A stretch of DNA of 64,000 nucleotides from Podarcis pityusensis (lineage: Eukaryota). The position numbers and the translations under genes were made by a program. Within the stretch, counting starts at the first letter, position 1; the number at the start of each line of letters is the position of its first letter. The DNA is taken from the NCBI GenBank assembly GCA_964106645.2, contig OZ067046.1; one strand, given 5' to 3'. Positions 1 through 13,199 of the stretch are shown here, one piece after another. Under the pieces are notes generated by a model. The model searched no databases, was not told the origin of the DNA, and saw only the letters and a list, made by a program, of their open reading frames with translations.

Positions 1-159
1 TTTTAACAAAACGCAACTATCAAATGAATCTCTTGATATATAATTCTATATGTAGCAAAATATCTAGTTTGGGTCCTCCCTAATTTTTTCATGTGCTTTC
101 TTCTATATCACCCTACCCCCTATATGTTTTCACGTACATAAAAGTTCAGTAAGTTGCTG

Positions 160-411
160 ATAAAGGCTTCAGACACCTTGTAAAGACCTGCATTTTCTCC
201 CAGGCTTTCCCTGACCCATAAAATCAGACCCTTTTATGTGTCTGAATCTTTCTGACTCCTGTTTTTATTTGTTTTTAGTTACTTTTGCTTTGTTTTTTTA
301 TTGGTTTCAGATTGTATCTGTGTTTTCATGATAGTGTTTGTTTTTTATATTGCACACCATTTAGAGATTTTAAAATATTAAGCTGTTTATAAATGCTTTT
401 AAGTAAATAAA
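160..411 (+). mobile_element. Degraded L2-type LINE 3' end
   Basis: aagacctgcattttctcccaggctttccc, then a T-rich UTR ending tataaatgcttttaagtaaataaa. Confidence 0.55.
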
Positions 412-1086
412 TGCCATTTCCCCCTTAGATTCTAAATATGGGACAAGAGGCTCATATACTGTAAGACCCTTGGGTAATCGTTTAGGCTCAGCTGAGTTTC
501 CATCACAGAACAAAATTTGCCCCTGTAAATAACTGGCCTAACCCCACCCTATGACCCCCACAACACATGCCAGAGACCTGCAGGAATTATCCAGTGTGTG
601 CCAATATTTCAACAAAACCAGCTGCCTGGAAATTGATAGAACTGAAACAAGTTCTTCTCCCTCAGTCCTTTCCTGACAGTGACATTAAAGACATTAAGAA
701 AGTAGATAGTTAAAATCTGTTGAATTATTGTAATGGAGGGCAAAACATATGTTTCAAAAGTGGTTTCTACTGTATAGAACAATCTCTTTCCAAACACATG
801 TGAAATATAGATGTTTTGTGCTTTCTCCACAAACGATGAAAGAGAGTGAACAGAACTGTCTGGACATGTGTCACGTTGAAAATAATTTTTCTCCTGCCTC
901 CTCTTTCCTCCCCTCTGTTTTCTGGAAGCTCACCTGATCTTAGCTTTTTATCCCACCTTCAAACTTTCTGTCGTGAAAGTAAAAAGCATTTTAAATTTGA
1001 GCAAGCGTATGATGGCTGGGGTGAAAACCAATGTAAGGCCGGCATTTTATCAAATTGTATCTATTTCATTGTAGCTGATCTGTATA

Positions 1087-1300
1087 CCAGTGTGTTATAA
1101 TGGTTTGAGTGTCAGAATGGGGACTGGGAGACTCAGGTTGAAATCCCCACTCAGCCAGGAAGCTCATGAGGTAACACATTCTCTGAGCTTCACTGGCTTG
1201 TTGTGAGGATAAAATGGGGGAAAGAGAAACCTTTTATATCACACTAAGCTACTTCCTGTAGTAGAAGAGTAGGACAAAAATGTTCTCTATGAAATAAATA
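1087..1300 (+). mobile_element. Old tRNA-derived SINE (Squam3/MIR-like)
   Basis: Degenerate A box ccagtgtgttataatgg, B box ggttgaaatcccc, core-like ttgttgtgaggataaaatgg, and an aaataaataa tail. Confidence 0.6.
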
Positions 1301-1594
1301 AGGGTGCACAATTATTAGTTGTGTTAAACATTTATATATGTTATAGTTAACAGTAACAAGTGTCCTTAGTTATCCAAGTGCCCTTTGCATTCATTGGTGA
1401 GAAAACTAGAGCAACTGAGTAGACTATTTAATCTGTGCATTTCTCCCTATATGTCCACAAATAGAAGGTCTGCATTCCAGCAGACTCTCTGAGGAGCCCA
1501 GGTCCCTCATGTGCCTCTGACATGAAATACAAATAAATATATGGTCCAAAATAGAAAAGCCTGTGTCCTGAACTGGTGTAAGGAATCCAGATTT

Positions 1595-1816
1595 TTGTTA
1601 TTTTTATTTCAGTTCATAGCCTGCCCTGTCCCAAAGGTCCATAGCAGCTAACAGCATGTGCATTTTATGTAGAGCCCTTGCCTCACCCTTCTTCACAACA
1701 AACTTGTGAATGGAGGTCATGAATATTTCCTTTTACGAGTGTGGAACTTAAAACCGAGAATGACATCTCAAGGTAAATCAGGGAAATATGGTAGAGCAGG
1801 GATTTAAACCCAGATC
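1595..1816 (-). mobile_element. Degraded MIR/CORE-type SINE
   Basis: cttcacaacaaacttgtga...ttttacgagtgtggaact...ggtagagcagggatttaaacccagatc (reverse B box). Confidence 0.5.
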
Positions 1817-2658
1817 AAAGACTGTGGACTACTTTGGGTTTTGTTTAAACACATGCACACACATATATACAGATTAGTCCTTTTGTAATGCAGAAAATTG
1901 TAATGCAGAAAATATATCTAATAGATATATTTTTGGGGGGGAATAACCTTAGTTTTTAATGGAAGGGCTAAGTAAGATCTGTGAATTAATATGCATTAAG
2001 TAGCAGGCTGTTTTATTAATTTATGATAAGTATTGAAGTATGACGGAGTGGGTGAAGTGAGAATTACCATTTGCTGCTGTGAAAATGATGCTTGTCATGT
2101 TATCTCCCAATCCTAAAGTGTTGTCTTAAGCTTTGTCTTCATGAGACTTAAAATCTTGTATTATGCCCAGTGATCAGCCTTAAACCTCTTTGCTGTCACT
2201 GAGGAAAACAAATCCTTTGCCTTTCTTTGCCTGGGGGATGTGGAGAGCTGAAGTGGTCCTATGTGACTAAATTAGATGAAAGACTTGCCTTCCCACCACG
2301 GAGACACAGAGTCTAATCAAGTGAAATGAGTTCTGAGATCTCCACTCACTTCCTAGAGGATATCAGTTTACATTACAAAATCACGCGACACCTAATTCAT
2401 CACAGTTGATGCAGACTTTACTCGAGAGAGGGCCACAGCTCAGACAAGGATAGTAAACCACCTGTCCCCTCTGTGGAAGGTTTGATTATTAAGGCAGTGG
2501 GAAGCAATGGTGGGAAGGGTCTTTTGACCTGTATTTTATGTATTTTACATAAAGGGAGAGGGAGATGTCAGACTTAAAAGTGGAAAGATTTATACTTTTA
2601 ATTATAGTTAACATAGATCATTCCCACCCCTTCATCTACATATGAAGCTAAACTTTTT

Positions 2659-3328
2659 CTTTTCTTTTTTCCAAATTTTTTTATTAAATTTTCCACAATT
2701 ATAACAAAATACAAAAAGTGAAAACAAAAACAAAAAAGAAAGAAAAAAAAGAAACATACCAAAGGGGGGGGGAGGGGAACAGTACAACACATTACAAGAG
2801 AAATACAACCAAACCCACACCATAAAAAAGAAAAAATAATCTTAATACCTTAAAACCCAACCTTGCTTACATATTGATTGACTTCCTCTAATCCCTCCCT
2901 TCTGAATTTCCTTGTATTTGAATGTAACAGCTTTCCAATATCATTATTAAACAACAATATTCCAATTATAATCAAATTTGTTCACTTTTCTTACTATTCT
3001 AAATCCCATTTATTTAATTGAATCCTAATTTAATCCTAGGCCTTTTTGGTACTTTCAAGTAGTTTCTAAGTTTTTTATATTACAATATTTATTCAAATAG
3101 TCCTTAAATTTCCTCCAATCTTCTTGGTATTCCTCTTCTCTCTGGTCGCGGATTCTTCCCGTCAGGTCAGCTAGCTCCGAAAAGTCCATCGTCTTCATCT
3201 GCCAATCTTCCACTGTTGGTAATTCTTGTGTTTTCCAATTTTTGGCAACAAAAATTCTAGCAGCTGTTGTGGAATACAAAACCAATTTAACATCTTTCTT
3301 GGGCAATTCCAAACCTGTTATTCCAAGC
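2659..3328 (-). mobile_element. L1-clade LINE 3' fragment (ORF2 C-terminus, 3'UTR, A-rich tail) with TSD
   Basis: ORF2-like C-terminus LGI..TAARIFVAKNWKTQELPTVEDW..W..F. Minus-strand AATAAA at 2680-2685 precedes the A-rich tail. Direct repeat GAAGCTAAACTTTTT at 2644-2658 and 3329-3343. Confidence 0.85.
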
Positions 3329-3544
3329 GAAGCTAAACTTTTTTTGTTTGTTGGCGCAGAAGTGTTTTTAAAGTTGTATACCAGTTCAGCATCACAAATC
3401 ATGGTTGTATGTTACCAGAAAAGTGACATTGCAGTGGCTTTGTAAATAGATGGCCAAATGTTTTTCAGGGTGATGTCTAATGTCTTCATGCTTCCATATC
3501 TGGTGTGGTGAAGAAAAACTAATCAACTTCTTGATTTCTTTCAG

Positions 3545-3580
3545 GGCATTGTGATAACTCCCTTACTCCTGCTGCTTTTT
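3545..3580 (+). CDS. SLC10A7: SLC10A7 internal coding exon (human exon 6 equivalent), GIVITPLLLLLF
   Basis: tttctttcag|GGCATT...CTTTTT|gtgagt; 36 nt, phase 0/0. Peptide matches the recalled SLC10A7 sequence GIVITPLLLLLF. Confidence 0.93.
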
Positions 3581-5407
3581 GTGAGTATCTTAATATTGCT
3601 TTTCTTTCTGTCATCATCACATTGACTGTTAAGTAGTGTCATATTGGATGTGGAAAAGGGGCCATTTTTAATGTTCCAGACTATTTTCAATGATCAAAGT
3701 ACACATGACTAGTTCTTGACAACTTTCTAAGTTGATATAAATAAAAATGTGTCATGGAAGCAGTTATCACCATGTGCTCATCTAGATTAGCAGTTGCATT
3801 GATACCAAAACAAGGAGCAGCATTAAATGGCAAGTAACTTACTGGAAGATCTATCTTCTCCTATGTAGGCAGTATCTGCTCTAGATTTTGATTTGATTTG
3901 ATTCCTTATACTCCTATGCTGCTTATCATTCAAATGAATCCCAAAGCAGTTTGCAAACAGTAAATAACAGTAACATGTTAGAATGTAATAAAACATCATA
4001 AATACAGCATGGATCATATGGAATAATTAACAAATCATCAGTGAAACAATTACCTTCTTTATAACACTGTTAACAAAGCAACTACTAAAAAATAAATTAG
4101 ACATCACAATTAAAGCAAAAGTCATATGATCAATACATTATTTATAATTTACAAAGCAATATTAGCAACGTTAACAAAATAGCAGGCAAAAAGAAAACGT
4201 TTGCACACACACTCCACACCCCCTTGACTCATAATCTTTCAGTCTATTCTGCTCATTAAAATAAACATAGAAATAAGGCCTGTGATAGCAACCTCCTCCT
4301 AAAGGTTCCTCTGGCTGGAGATTGGGCAGCAGAGATGAAACCAACCACCCTCTGATGGCAAACAGATTTAGAGGGGCCCTTAGACAATATAATGGAAATA
4401 TAAGACTTGGCAGGATTTTGTTTTTGTAAGTAACGGGATAAATGTGCTTTATATATTTGTGATTTTCAGGTTGCCATTTTTAAGTACAAGATAGGGAACC
4501 AATGAATATGTATTTCTAAATCCTTGCCTGCTCTTTTGATTGAGATAAACAATAAACTTCAATGGAGATGTTAAAACAGAAAGAGAGAGCTAAAATGGTG
4601 AACAGTTTTTTTGTGTTTATCAGGACTATTATCTTGTATGATGACAAATTGCTAAAGCCATTGGGGCTATTAACCAAATTTTGCTCACATTTACCTGCTG
4701 CTGGCCTTCAAATCAGGAGGCATATTTGTTCAACCATCCATTAGTTTGGTTGAATTATATTCCTAGAATGAAACCAAGAGACTTTATTCTGTGTTTCTCA
4801 AATGTCGTCTTTGTTGCTTGGTGCTCTGTATGTGACTTTGAAAGAGGGATTTCAGGGGAACGTTTAACAATATATTTAATTCTTATTTCAACCTTGCTGA
4901 AATAAGTAGCTAATTTCCCATTTGGTTTACATGGCTGTAGATGTGTAACAAGGGAGAAAGGAAATGACACAAAGAGAAAATCAGCTATGAATTATAACTT
5001 AGAAATCTCCAGAGAGGAAATTTTAGGTATGGTCTACTATATAGAAAATGTTTTTGTTTATCTGTGTTTAACCTAGAAGGGTTTAAATATTCTAGAAAAG
5101 GTTGTAATTTAGGATTCCATATAGTGAATTGAAGTGCTACCCTTAGAAGAACTAAGTGAAATTTCTTTATGCATTGCTTAGCTCCCTACACATATTTTTC
5201 TGGTTCACCTGACACTGACAATGCTGGGTAATATAGCAAAATTGGAACATAAAGTTAGTTGAGACTGCCAGCACTCCCTCAGCCTTTGACTGCACCAAAT
5301 CCCCAGACCAAATGCAGCAATTAAGAAAAGAAATGTGGACTTTCTTGTCTGTCAAATTTGGTCACTTGTTCTGTCTGAACTAATGGAGGTGTGTTTCAGA
5401 ATACATT

Positions 5408-5757
5408 AAGGGTAAAGGTAAAGGACCCCTAACAGTTAAGTCCAGTCGCGAACGACTCTGGGGTTGCAGTGGTCATCTTGCTTTACTGGCCGAGGGAGCC
5501 AACAGTTTTTCCGGGTCATGTGGCCAGCATGACTCAGCCGCTTCTGGCGAAACCAGAGCAGCACACGGAAATGCCGTTTACCTTCCCGCCAGAGCAGTAC
5601 CTATTTATCTACTTGCACTTTGACGTGCTTTCAAACTGCTAGGTTGTCAGGAGCAGGGACCGAACAATGGGAGCTCACCCCGTCATGGGGATTTGAACAG
5701 CCGACCTTCTGATCGGCAAGCCCAAGGCTCTGTGGTTTAACCCACAGCGCCACCCGC
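5408..5757 (-). mobile_element. Sauria SINE (POM-type), near full length
   Basis: Reverse (ACCTTT)n tail ggtaaaggtaaagg; diagnostic gccgtttaccttcccgcc..gtacctatttatctacttgcac; tRNA-like head ending cccacagcgccacccgc. Confidence 0.92.
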
Positions 5758-8700
5758 CATCTCGCTAAATCAAGAGAGTGTTCTACTTAGTCCTGTTCCT
5801 AATTAGTGGCATATGTTGGTGGTGGGAGGCAGTATTCCCTTTGGAAAGCAAGCCCCATACCATGTCTCAAGGGAACAGTTTTGTCATTCCTGCTCACAGT
5901 TTTGCTTCTATTCTCAAACCACCTTAAGGTTGTCCGCATTGGTAAGAAGTTGATCCATTGGAATTATTTTTAAAAACCTTGTTCCTAGTCCTCATATTAA
6001 CACCTCCTTTTTGCTATCTCCCCTCGTAATCACACAGTATGCCCCTAGCCCTGCCTTCTGCCCCTAACCATGGCTTCAGTCTTGCCTCTTCTTTTGCATC
6101 CATCCCCTATTTCTATTTATAAAACTGAACTTAGAGATGCATGCAGACATGATTTTATGATATTTTCTGTTGTCTTGCACATAATGGTTGAAAGGTGTAA
6201 GGAAAGCATTATGAGTGCAGTTTTATGTGAAAAAGAAGTTTTTGGGGAAATCATGCAATCTTTAAAATGGGAGAAATTATTAGCATGTGAATACATTGGT
6301 AGTTATTATTATCATTATAAATTGCATTTTTGTGAAGTATGAAATCACTGAAGTGGCTCGTACAAGTTGTCAAAGTTCTTGCCTTTTTTGTTAGCTCCAG
6401 ATTGTCTAATTGGAGCCTTCAGAGAATGTTTAGGTAGGTGATTCCAGACCTGAGAAGCAGATGCAAGCACTCTGTCCTCCCACTGGACATTAGGTGTGGT
6501 GGCCAGGAGCTACCATACCAGATGAAACCTAGATACTCCCAATCTCTCACTCTTGTCCACCAAACTCTGTCTAAAGGCCAAATTAGGACAATTGGTTGCT
6601 TGCTGGGAAGAGTGTTTAACCTCTCCTGCCTCTGCTAATTCTCCTGCTCAAACCTCCTCAGTTCCATTTTCTTGCAACTGGGCTTCTTTGTTGTTTCAGA
6701 GCCCCAGCTAGGGCTTTACAGGGAAGATTTGCAAGAATAAATTAGTGGGTGGGAATAGGATGAAACCCTTCCACCAATACTCTTCATTGGTGTTGTGAGG
6801 GTAGCAGGATATGTCTTGGTGCCATCTTAAAGACTTGACCACCTTCCTTCCTTGCAGGGAAAGGGGTGCTTAGACTGAGGGGATGGTGTGCTTTTGACTA
6901 TGTAAGGAAAGTGAATGTCATGAGCAGGATATTTGTTTGTGCCAGGAGCATGTGTTGATGAGGTTATGTATGAGGGTTAATGAGTAAAAGGGAGATTGGT
7001 GTTATTTAACTACATTTTACTCAGAGTACCTATTGAAATTAATTAACATGACTAAATTAGGCCCATTAATTTCAGTTGAATACCATTGTATGTGTATGTA
7101 AACTCCGTGAATTTCCATATTTTCTAGTAACGAAAACAATTATTATTTATTACTTGCATTTATATTTTGGTTTCCTGACCCAAAAAGGAGCCTAGAAGCA
7201 GACTTTTTAACTTTTACTTCCTATTCTGTACTGCTCTCTAAGGTTTCAAAGCAGCACAATAATGAGTATATTAATCTGTATGTGTAATGTAGTAAGATAA
7301 GAACTTCTCCTTCTAGATAGGTTTACATTTATTGATTACAGTTTATATTTTGTGCTATTTGCACAAAATTTATTACTGGTAGCTTTTAATACTTCACACT
7401 GCTTTGCTTCCACATACTTGTTAATGTAAAATGAGTAATATGAAGTAACTGTTAAAGAAATGCTGAAGTACACAAAGGGAAGAGTGAGCACTTACAATAA
7501 ATTATACATTTTGCATAAATTATTAATTTTCTTAAATGAATGGTATTAAATGTAAGACAGTTTTGTATTTGAAAGAATACTGTGACCGAACTTAATATTT
7601 GATTAATTCCTTTCAAGAAAAATATTCAGGATTTATGTTACCTTAATGATGGGTTTTTTTTGGGTCTCATGTAATTGTAACCTCACTTAAGAAACAGTAT
7701 CTTCCAGCCTTTTCAATTTTAAAAGTCATTTCTGTGTCTAATTAAACTTTGTTAAAGTGTTACTGAGCCTTTGTTCCCAATTATACTCAGCTATATTCAT
7801 ATCTGTATGAAAATTTCTGAATAAGTGGACAACCTAAAGAAAATGATACCATTCATTCATATGGTAGAAAGAAAACATCTCTACTGTACTTAAAAACACT
7901 TTCCACATGGGATTAACCCATTCCAGTTGCTAATAGTGGATTTTGTTGACTCTCTTCTGTAGTACCTGACCCCTAGTACTTAATGTGAGCTATTGAGAAT
8001 TGAAAATCAAGCCTGCCCGCATTCAAGGGCTAAACTCAAATGGCCCCATTTATGAATGACACATTGGGCAACATTTCAGCAGCATGCTGAAAATAAAGTC
8101 TTGAATGTGTGGGGGGTTTGTTTAAGTGCTCACAATGCTTTGTATATCTGTCATGTAGTACTTCATTTATTTGAGTTCACTATCCTGTGCAGTGTTAGTA
8201 GCACAATATTTTTGTATGAAGAGAAACTTTCCACTTCTTTGGCTTATCCCTTTTTCTTAATGCATTCACTCACTTTTATTGAAATTCTTTCATTTGTATC
8301 AGTCATTTTGACACTAATAAAGCGAATAGTGGGGTTTTCCACTCTCCTGGAATGAAGGCTGAGCTATATTTCTAAACCTGTGAGGTAAGAGGGTAGGATA
8401 TGACAACAGGGAAAGAGAAAGATGAATTGTAATGTACATTTGGTCAGCGTTTTAGCACAATTTTTGTTTGCATTTTTCTGTTATGTTGTAACTTAAGGCT
8501 GATTTTGCAAGGGTGAAAATAGGATGGTGAGTTCATATTTAGACTTGATTATTTAACCATAGACTCAAAACCATTTGACATGCTACCTTTCACAATATAT
8601 GTTCAGTCAGCCAAGCTCCTCCAGTGGGCTGGGGGGCGCTGAGTGCATGTTGAGTGAGCTAAATAGACACATCTGAACATTCGCAACTGTCCTGAAACCC

Positions 8701-10690
8701 AACTAACAGAGTTGCATTCCTCTGGACCACTTCACTTAGATGTATCTTAGGAATATGTTACTAAGAATAATGTAGAAATCCGTCTACTGAAAGAAGGACA
8801 GTGGGAAAATCTCCAGGGTTTTTTGTTGAACTGGAAGTTTGGATAGATAAAGTCAAATATATGAATGCTGTCCTATCACAAATGCAATAGGAAGCATTTG
8901 GAGATACTAGAGAAGCAGTATAAGGTGCTGTTAGCAGCACATATTGTTCCAGTTTTTAGTTTCCAAGCAGTCACCAAGGACAGCATCCTGTAGGTCACAC
9001 TGCAGTATTCTTACTTTTGAGTTTGCAAAGATCCTAATTACTCTCCCTTAGTCTGGGGTGACAAAAAGCAATACCTCCTTCTAACTAATTTGGTGTTGGG
9101 AAAATGTATTCCTGGCACTGCCAGTTACTAGGCTAATAGGCATAGTGTTGGATCCAGGGACATCTGAAGACTACAAACAGGAGCATCCTGGGAAATCATG
9201 GATATGGTGAATCTTCTTTTATTGGAATGCATTCCTGTATATCCCAGGAACTTCCTTTTTCATGCTTTTTTGCAGAACTAGCAGGTACCATTTGGTAGAC
9301 ATTCCTGTCTACACCTTTACTGAACTGCAGTTTTATGTTTAGTAAAGCATATTCTGCATCCCTGTAGTGAAATACCTTCACTCTCAGTTCTCTGTAGCAG
9401 ACAAAAGTGCAATCAGATGATGTCCTTTATTTATTTAAACATTTATACACGGGGCAATTGACAGCCAGTAGAAACCCATTTAAAACACTGAATCATAAAA
9501 CCAGTGAGATTATTAAAACAGCAGAGTTTAAAGGAAAGTGCCAACATTTGGAATGGTGTTTGGAGACAGGTTGTGGATTCCAGATAGTAGCTTAACCAAC
9601 CACTGTATCCTTTATTAGCTTGAATTCCTAGAGATGTTCTAGTGTAGATTCTACAACCTCAATATGATTAGGAGGATGCAAGAACACAACCTGGCTTTCT
9701 TTTTAAAAAAATGTTTACGCTCTGAGGAGCATAGCCCCGAGGACTGCCTCTGAAGTGGACTTAACGAAGTGGATGAGGGATTGCAATTTGGCACAACTGA
9801 TATGAAGTGTTTCATCTGACTCCACTAATGCAATTGTGGCAGTTACAGATGCAGCATCTTCCTTGGAGAATACCACAGCTGTGATATTTGTCCTCTTTGC
9901 CAAAAAAAGGAGAGAAATTGAACAGCTGGTCTGAGAGAGAAATAAGGGCCTGAAAGTTGATTTCCATCTGAGAACTCTGTACCAGGGCAAATCTATCCTG
10001 TCTTTTGGTGTTTTTGTTTTGTTTGTAAACTGGAATAGAAGTAAGTTCACAATTATTTTGCAAGCCATGGTTAAAACTAGTAACAATGTTTTAGAAAAGC
10101 CTAAAAACTAGGATACCCAATAAGGTTTCAGGACATTTTCATCGTATTTCATTTTCTTTATATTGTGCTGAGAAGCATGACTTTATGTTTTATCCTGTGA
10201 TCTGGGGGTAGGAGACTTTCAGCCCCCTAGATGCTAGATTTATTACATCAGATTATGTATGTTCGTTGTATGGCCTTGGACGGGGAGCCTCCTGATGTGG
10301 CTCTCCTAATGCAAGCAGCATGGGAGATAGGATGGAAACCTGCAGAACTTGGTTTAACATGGGTGGCTAACTTGAGGCACTCCGTATGCTGTTGGACTCC
10401 AACTCCCATGAGCCTCAGCCAGCATAGCCAGTGATTAGGGATGATGGGAACTGCACCTGAAGGGGCACAGATTCCCCATCACTAATATTAGCTGTGTAAT
10501 CAGTATTCAAGACTTGCAAAATTAGAACATACACAGTGCAATCCAGTACCTGTCTACTCAGAAGTAAGCCACAGTGAGTTTACACACATAAGTACAGATT
10601 TATACAGATTTATGTTTTATATTTCTGGACATTTAAACTTATTGGTAATTCATTAGCAGTTAAAATTCCATATTAACATCATGCTTTTAA

Positions 10691-10795
<105 letters not shown>

Positions 10796-12981
10796 TAATA
10801 TACATATATAATGTTTCTAAAGTCTTATGGACTGTAAAAGAGAGGAGTCTGACACTTAGAAAAAGGCCTCTGGATAGTGACATTTAATAACAGAGAGATG
10901 ACAGTGTAATGCTCCCTGAAGCCACATTGATTTTACTTGAGAATGAGCAGCTGTCCCTCACTCCCTCTGATGAATCTTTTACATATCTATCTAAAAAAAG
11001 TGTTTGGGAACATGAAGTAGGGGAAGAAAATGGTAATCTTGGTGTAAATGAGCTGTGAAAGTATCGTAAAGGTCTGCAAATGACTTGATTTAGAAAAAGT
11101 CTCCTTGATGAAGCTGCACAGCTAATTGTTTCAAATCATTGCATCTAAGCATGTGCTAAAGTAAAATAGATTACCCAAGAACTAGTTGTGCTTGCTAAAA
11201 TAAATTAAGCATTTCTGGTTATCATTTTTCATGTTTGTTTGTTTGTTTATATGTGTTATATATTCTTGTAAGGGTATATAATGCATTTATTTATATTTTA
11301 TTTGAGTATTTGTATACTGCGTTTCAGGAACCTGCATGTGTGTGCATATATCCATATTGGTCAAGGCCCAAGCAATTTGTGTAGGCCTCCCAAGGTGAAA
11401 ATTAGGATAAAAATACATACATGCTATTATTTTAAATAATAGTGTATATATGGATTTTTGGGAGTATATTAAGATTCATGGTTTTGTACACAAAAAATAA
11501 GGTTAATATTAGGTTATACAGGCGACTCCCCACTTATGTGGGGTTTATGTTCTGGGGGGCCCCACACATAAACGGGGAGCACCCACTAAAAAGCCTCTAA
11601 ACATCCATTTTACCTGCTTTCCATGCTCTCCAGTACCTTTGCCTCTAGATTGCAAGAAAAAGTAGGGAACAATACATCTGAGCCCACTGTTGAGTGGGGT
11701 AGCAGCAAGAGCTCCCATCTGCCATTTTGGATCCCATAAATTAAAAAAAAAAAAATTTAAACATTTATTTCTGGAGTTTGGGCTCACTGACATCCTCTTC
11801 AGGCCACAAGTCACAAGGATTTTCCAGCCTTCTCCCACGATTTCAGAATTTGAATTTATTTATTCCAGTTAAGTCCAGTTAAGTATAAGCAGCTAAGTTT
11901 TGCCCTGGAACCCACTTTTTGTGTACTGCCTAAATACCATGTATTTCATACATGGATTTTTTCAGGGAAAATGTTTATCCTGTCATTTTTGAACTGTACT
12001 TGTGTTACAAGAATACAAGTAGGCCACTGCATGTACTTTACAGATAAGTGTACACTAAAAGCCAGTCTGGCTACTTTAATAACATGCTTGCACATTATAC
12101 ATATATGTATGAAGTTACCAGTTATATTATTTGCATGACATGTTGATGTTCAGGTCTTTTGACTCTAAAGTCAGAACATATTTCAGCTGTTCAATAAGCT
12201 AGAAGTTAAAAGCACACATTCAGAATGTGTGTATCATTAAGCTCCCATATAAGGATCATATAATGAAAATGATGATCAAACACAAAGTACCCAGTTAGAT
12301 TAAGGCTGCATGTTTACATCACAAAAGGCAAATTTAAGCACCCTACACGCCCCCTTGCCCTCACTCTGAATAGAGGTGAAAGGGAGGCATGTCCCTGTTG
12401 CCAGGCAGCGGGATGACATTCCTTTTCTTTCTGTATTGCATTGGTAGTTTCACTGCCCACTGATGTTGCATCACCTCTAGTTCTTTATGTGTCCTTTAGT
12501 GAAGGAATGAAAATTGAGGTGTGCATTTAATGTGCATTTAATGTGAATCCCCATTTACCTTCTGCTGTATCAAGTTAACTCTACCCAGTTGGATTGAGAA
12601 ATGTAGGAAGCCTCAGTATACTGATTCTCTACACTGACTCACAACATGTACCCCAGGATTTTAGACAGGAGTCTCCAAGCCACATCTGAAGATTCCAGTA
12701 ATTGATTCTGGATCCTTCTGCATGCAGAGGATGTGCTGCATTGCTCCTAAGCTAAGGTTCTTCCCCGTGTGTTATCTTCAACACCTGCCCTTCAATACCC
12801 TACCCCTTTACAAGCAGTTTAGTGGCCTCAGAAAAATATTCATGTAGAAAAGACTTTGTTGAAGATTTGTCTTGACCTTATATTATTTCAGTTACAGATG
12901 GGTAGCCGTGTTGGTCTGCCATAGTCGAAATAGAAAAATTCCTTCCTGTAGCACCTTAAAGACCAACTAAGTTAGTTCTTG

Positions 12982-13019
12982 GTATAAGCTTTCGTGTGCA
13001 AGCACACTTCTTCAGATAC
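12982..13019 (-). ncRNA. Minimal type I hammerhead ribozyme motif in the Penelope terminal repeat
   Basis: Minus strand reads GTAT-CTGAAGA-A-GTGTG(CTTG)CACAC-GAAA-GC-T-T-ATAC: stem I GTAT/ATAC, CUGANGA core, 5-bp stem II, GAAA, and a palindromic AAGCTT mini stem III. Confidence 0.85.
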
Positions 13020-13199
13020 ACTGAAACAGAAGTTACCAGATCCTTCTATATATTGAGAAGGTGGGGAGGGGTATTACTTAGAAGGGTGGTGGGAATCGGA
13101 GATTGGCAGATAGCTGAGATGAGCCTGTTGACGACTCTTAACGACTGTAATAGGTCTTACAGGAAAAGGCAAGGGGTGAGAAGGTGAGAAATGGCTTAG

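Noticed and set aside
3329-3402. N-terminal part of ORF 3055..3402 as L1 protein
   Set aside because: It lies in and beyond the TSD, so it is flank read-through.
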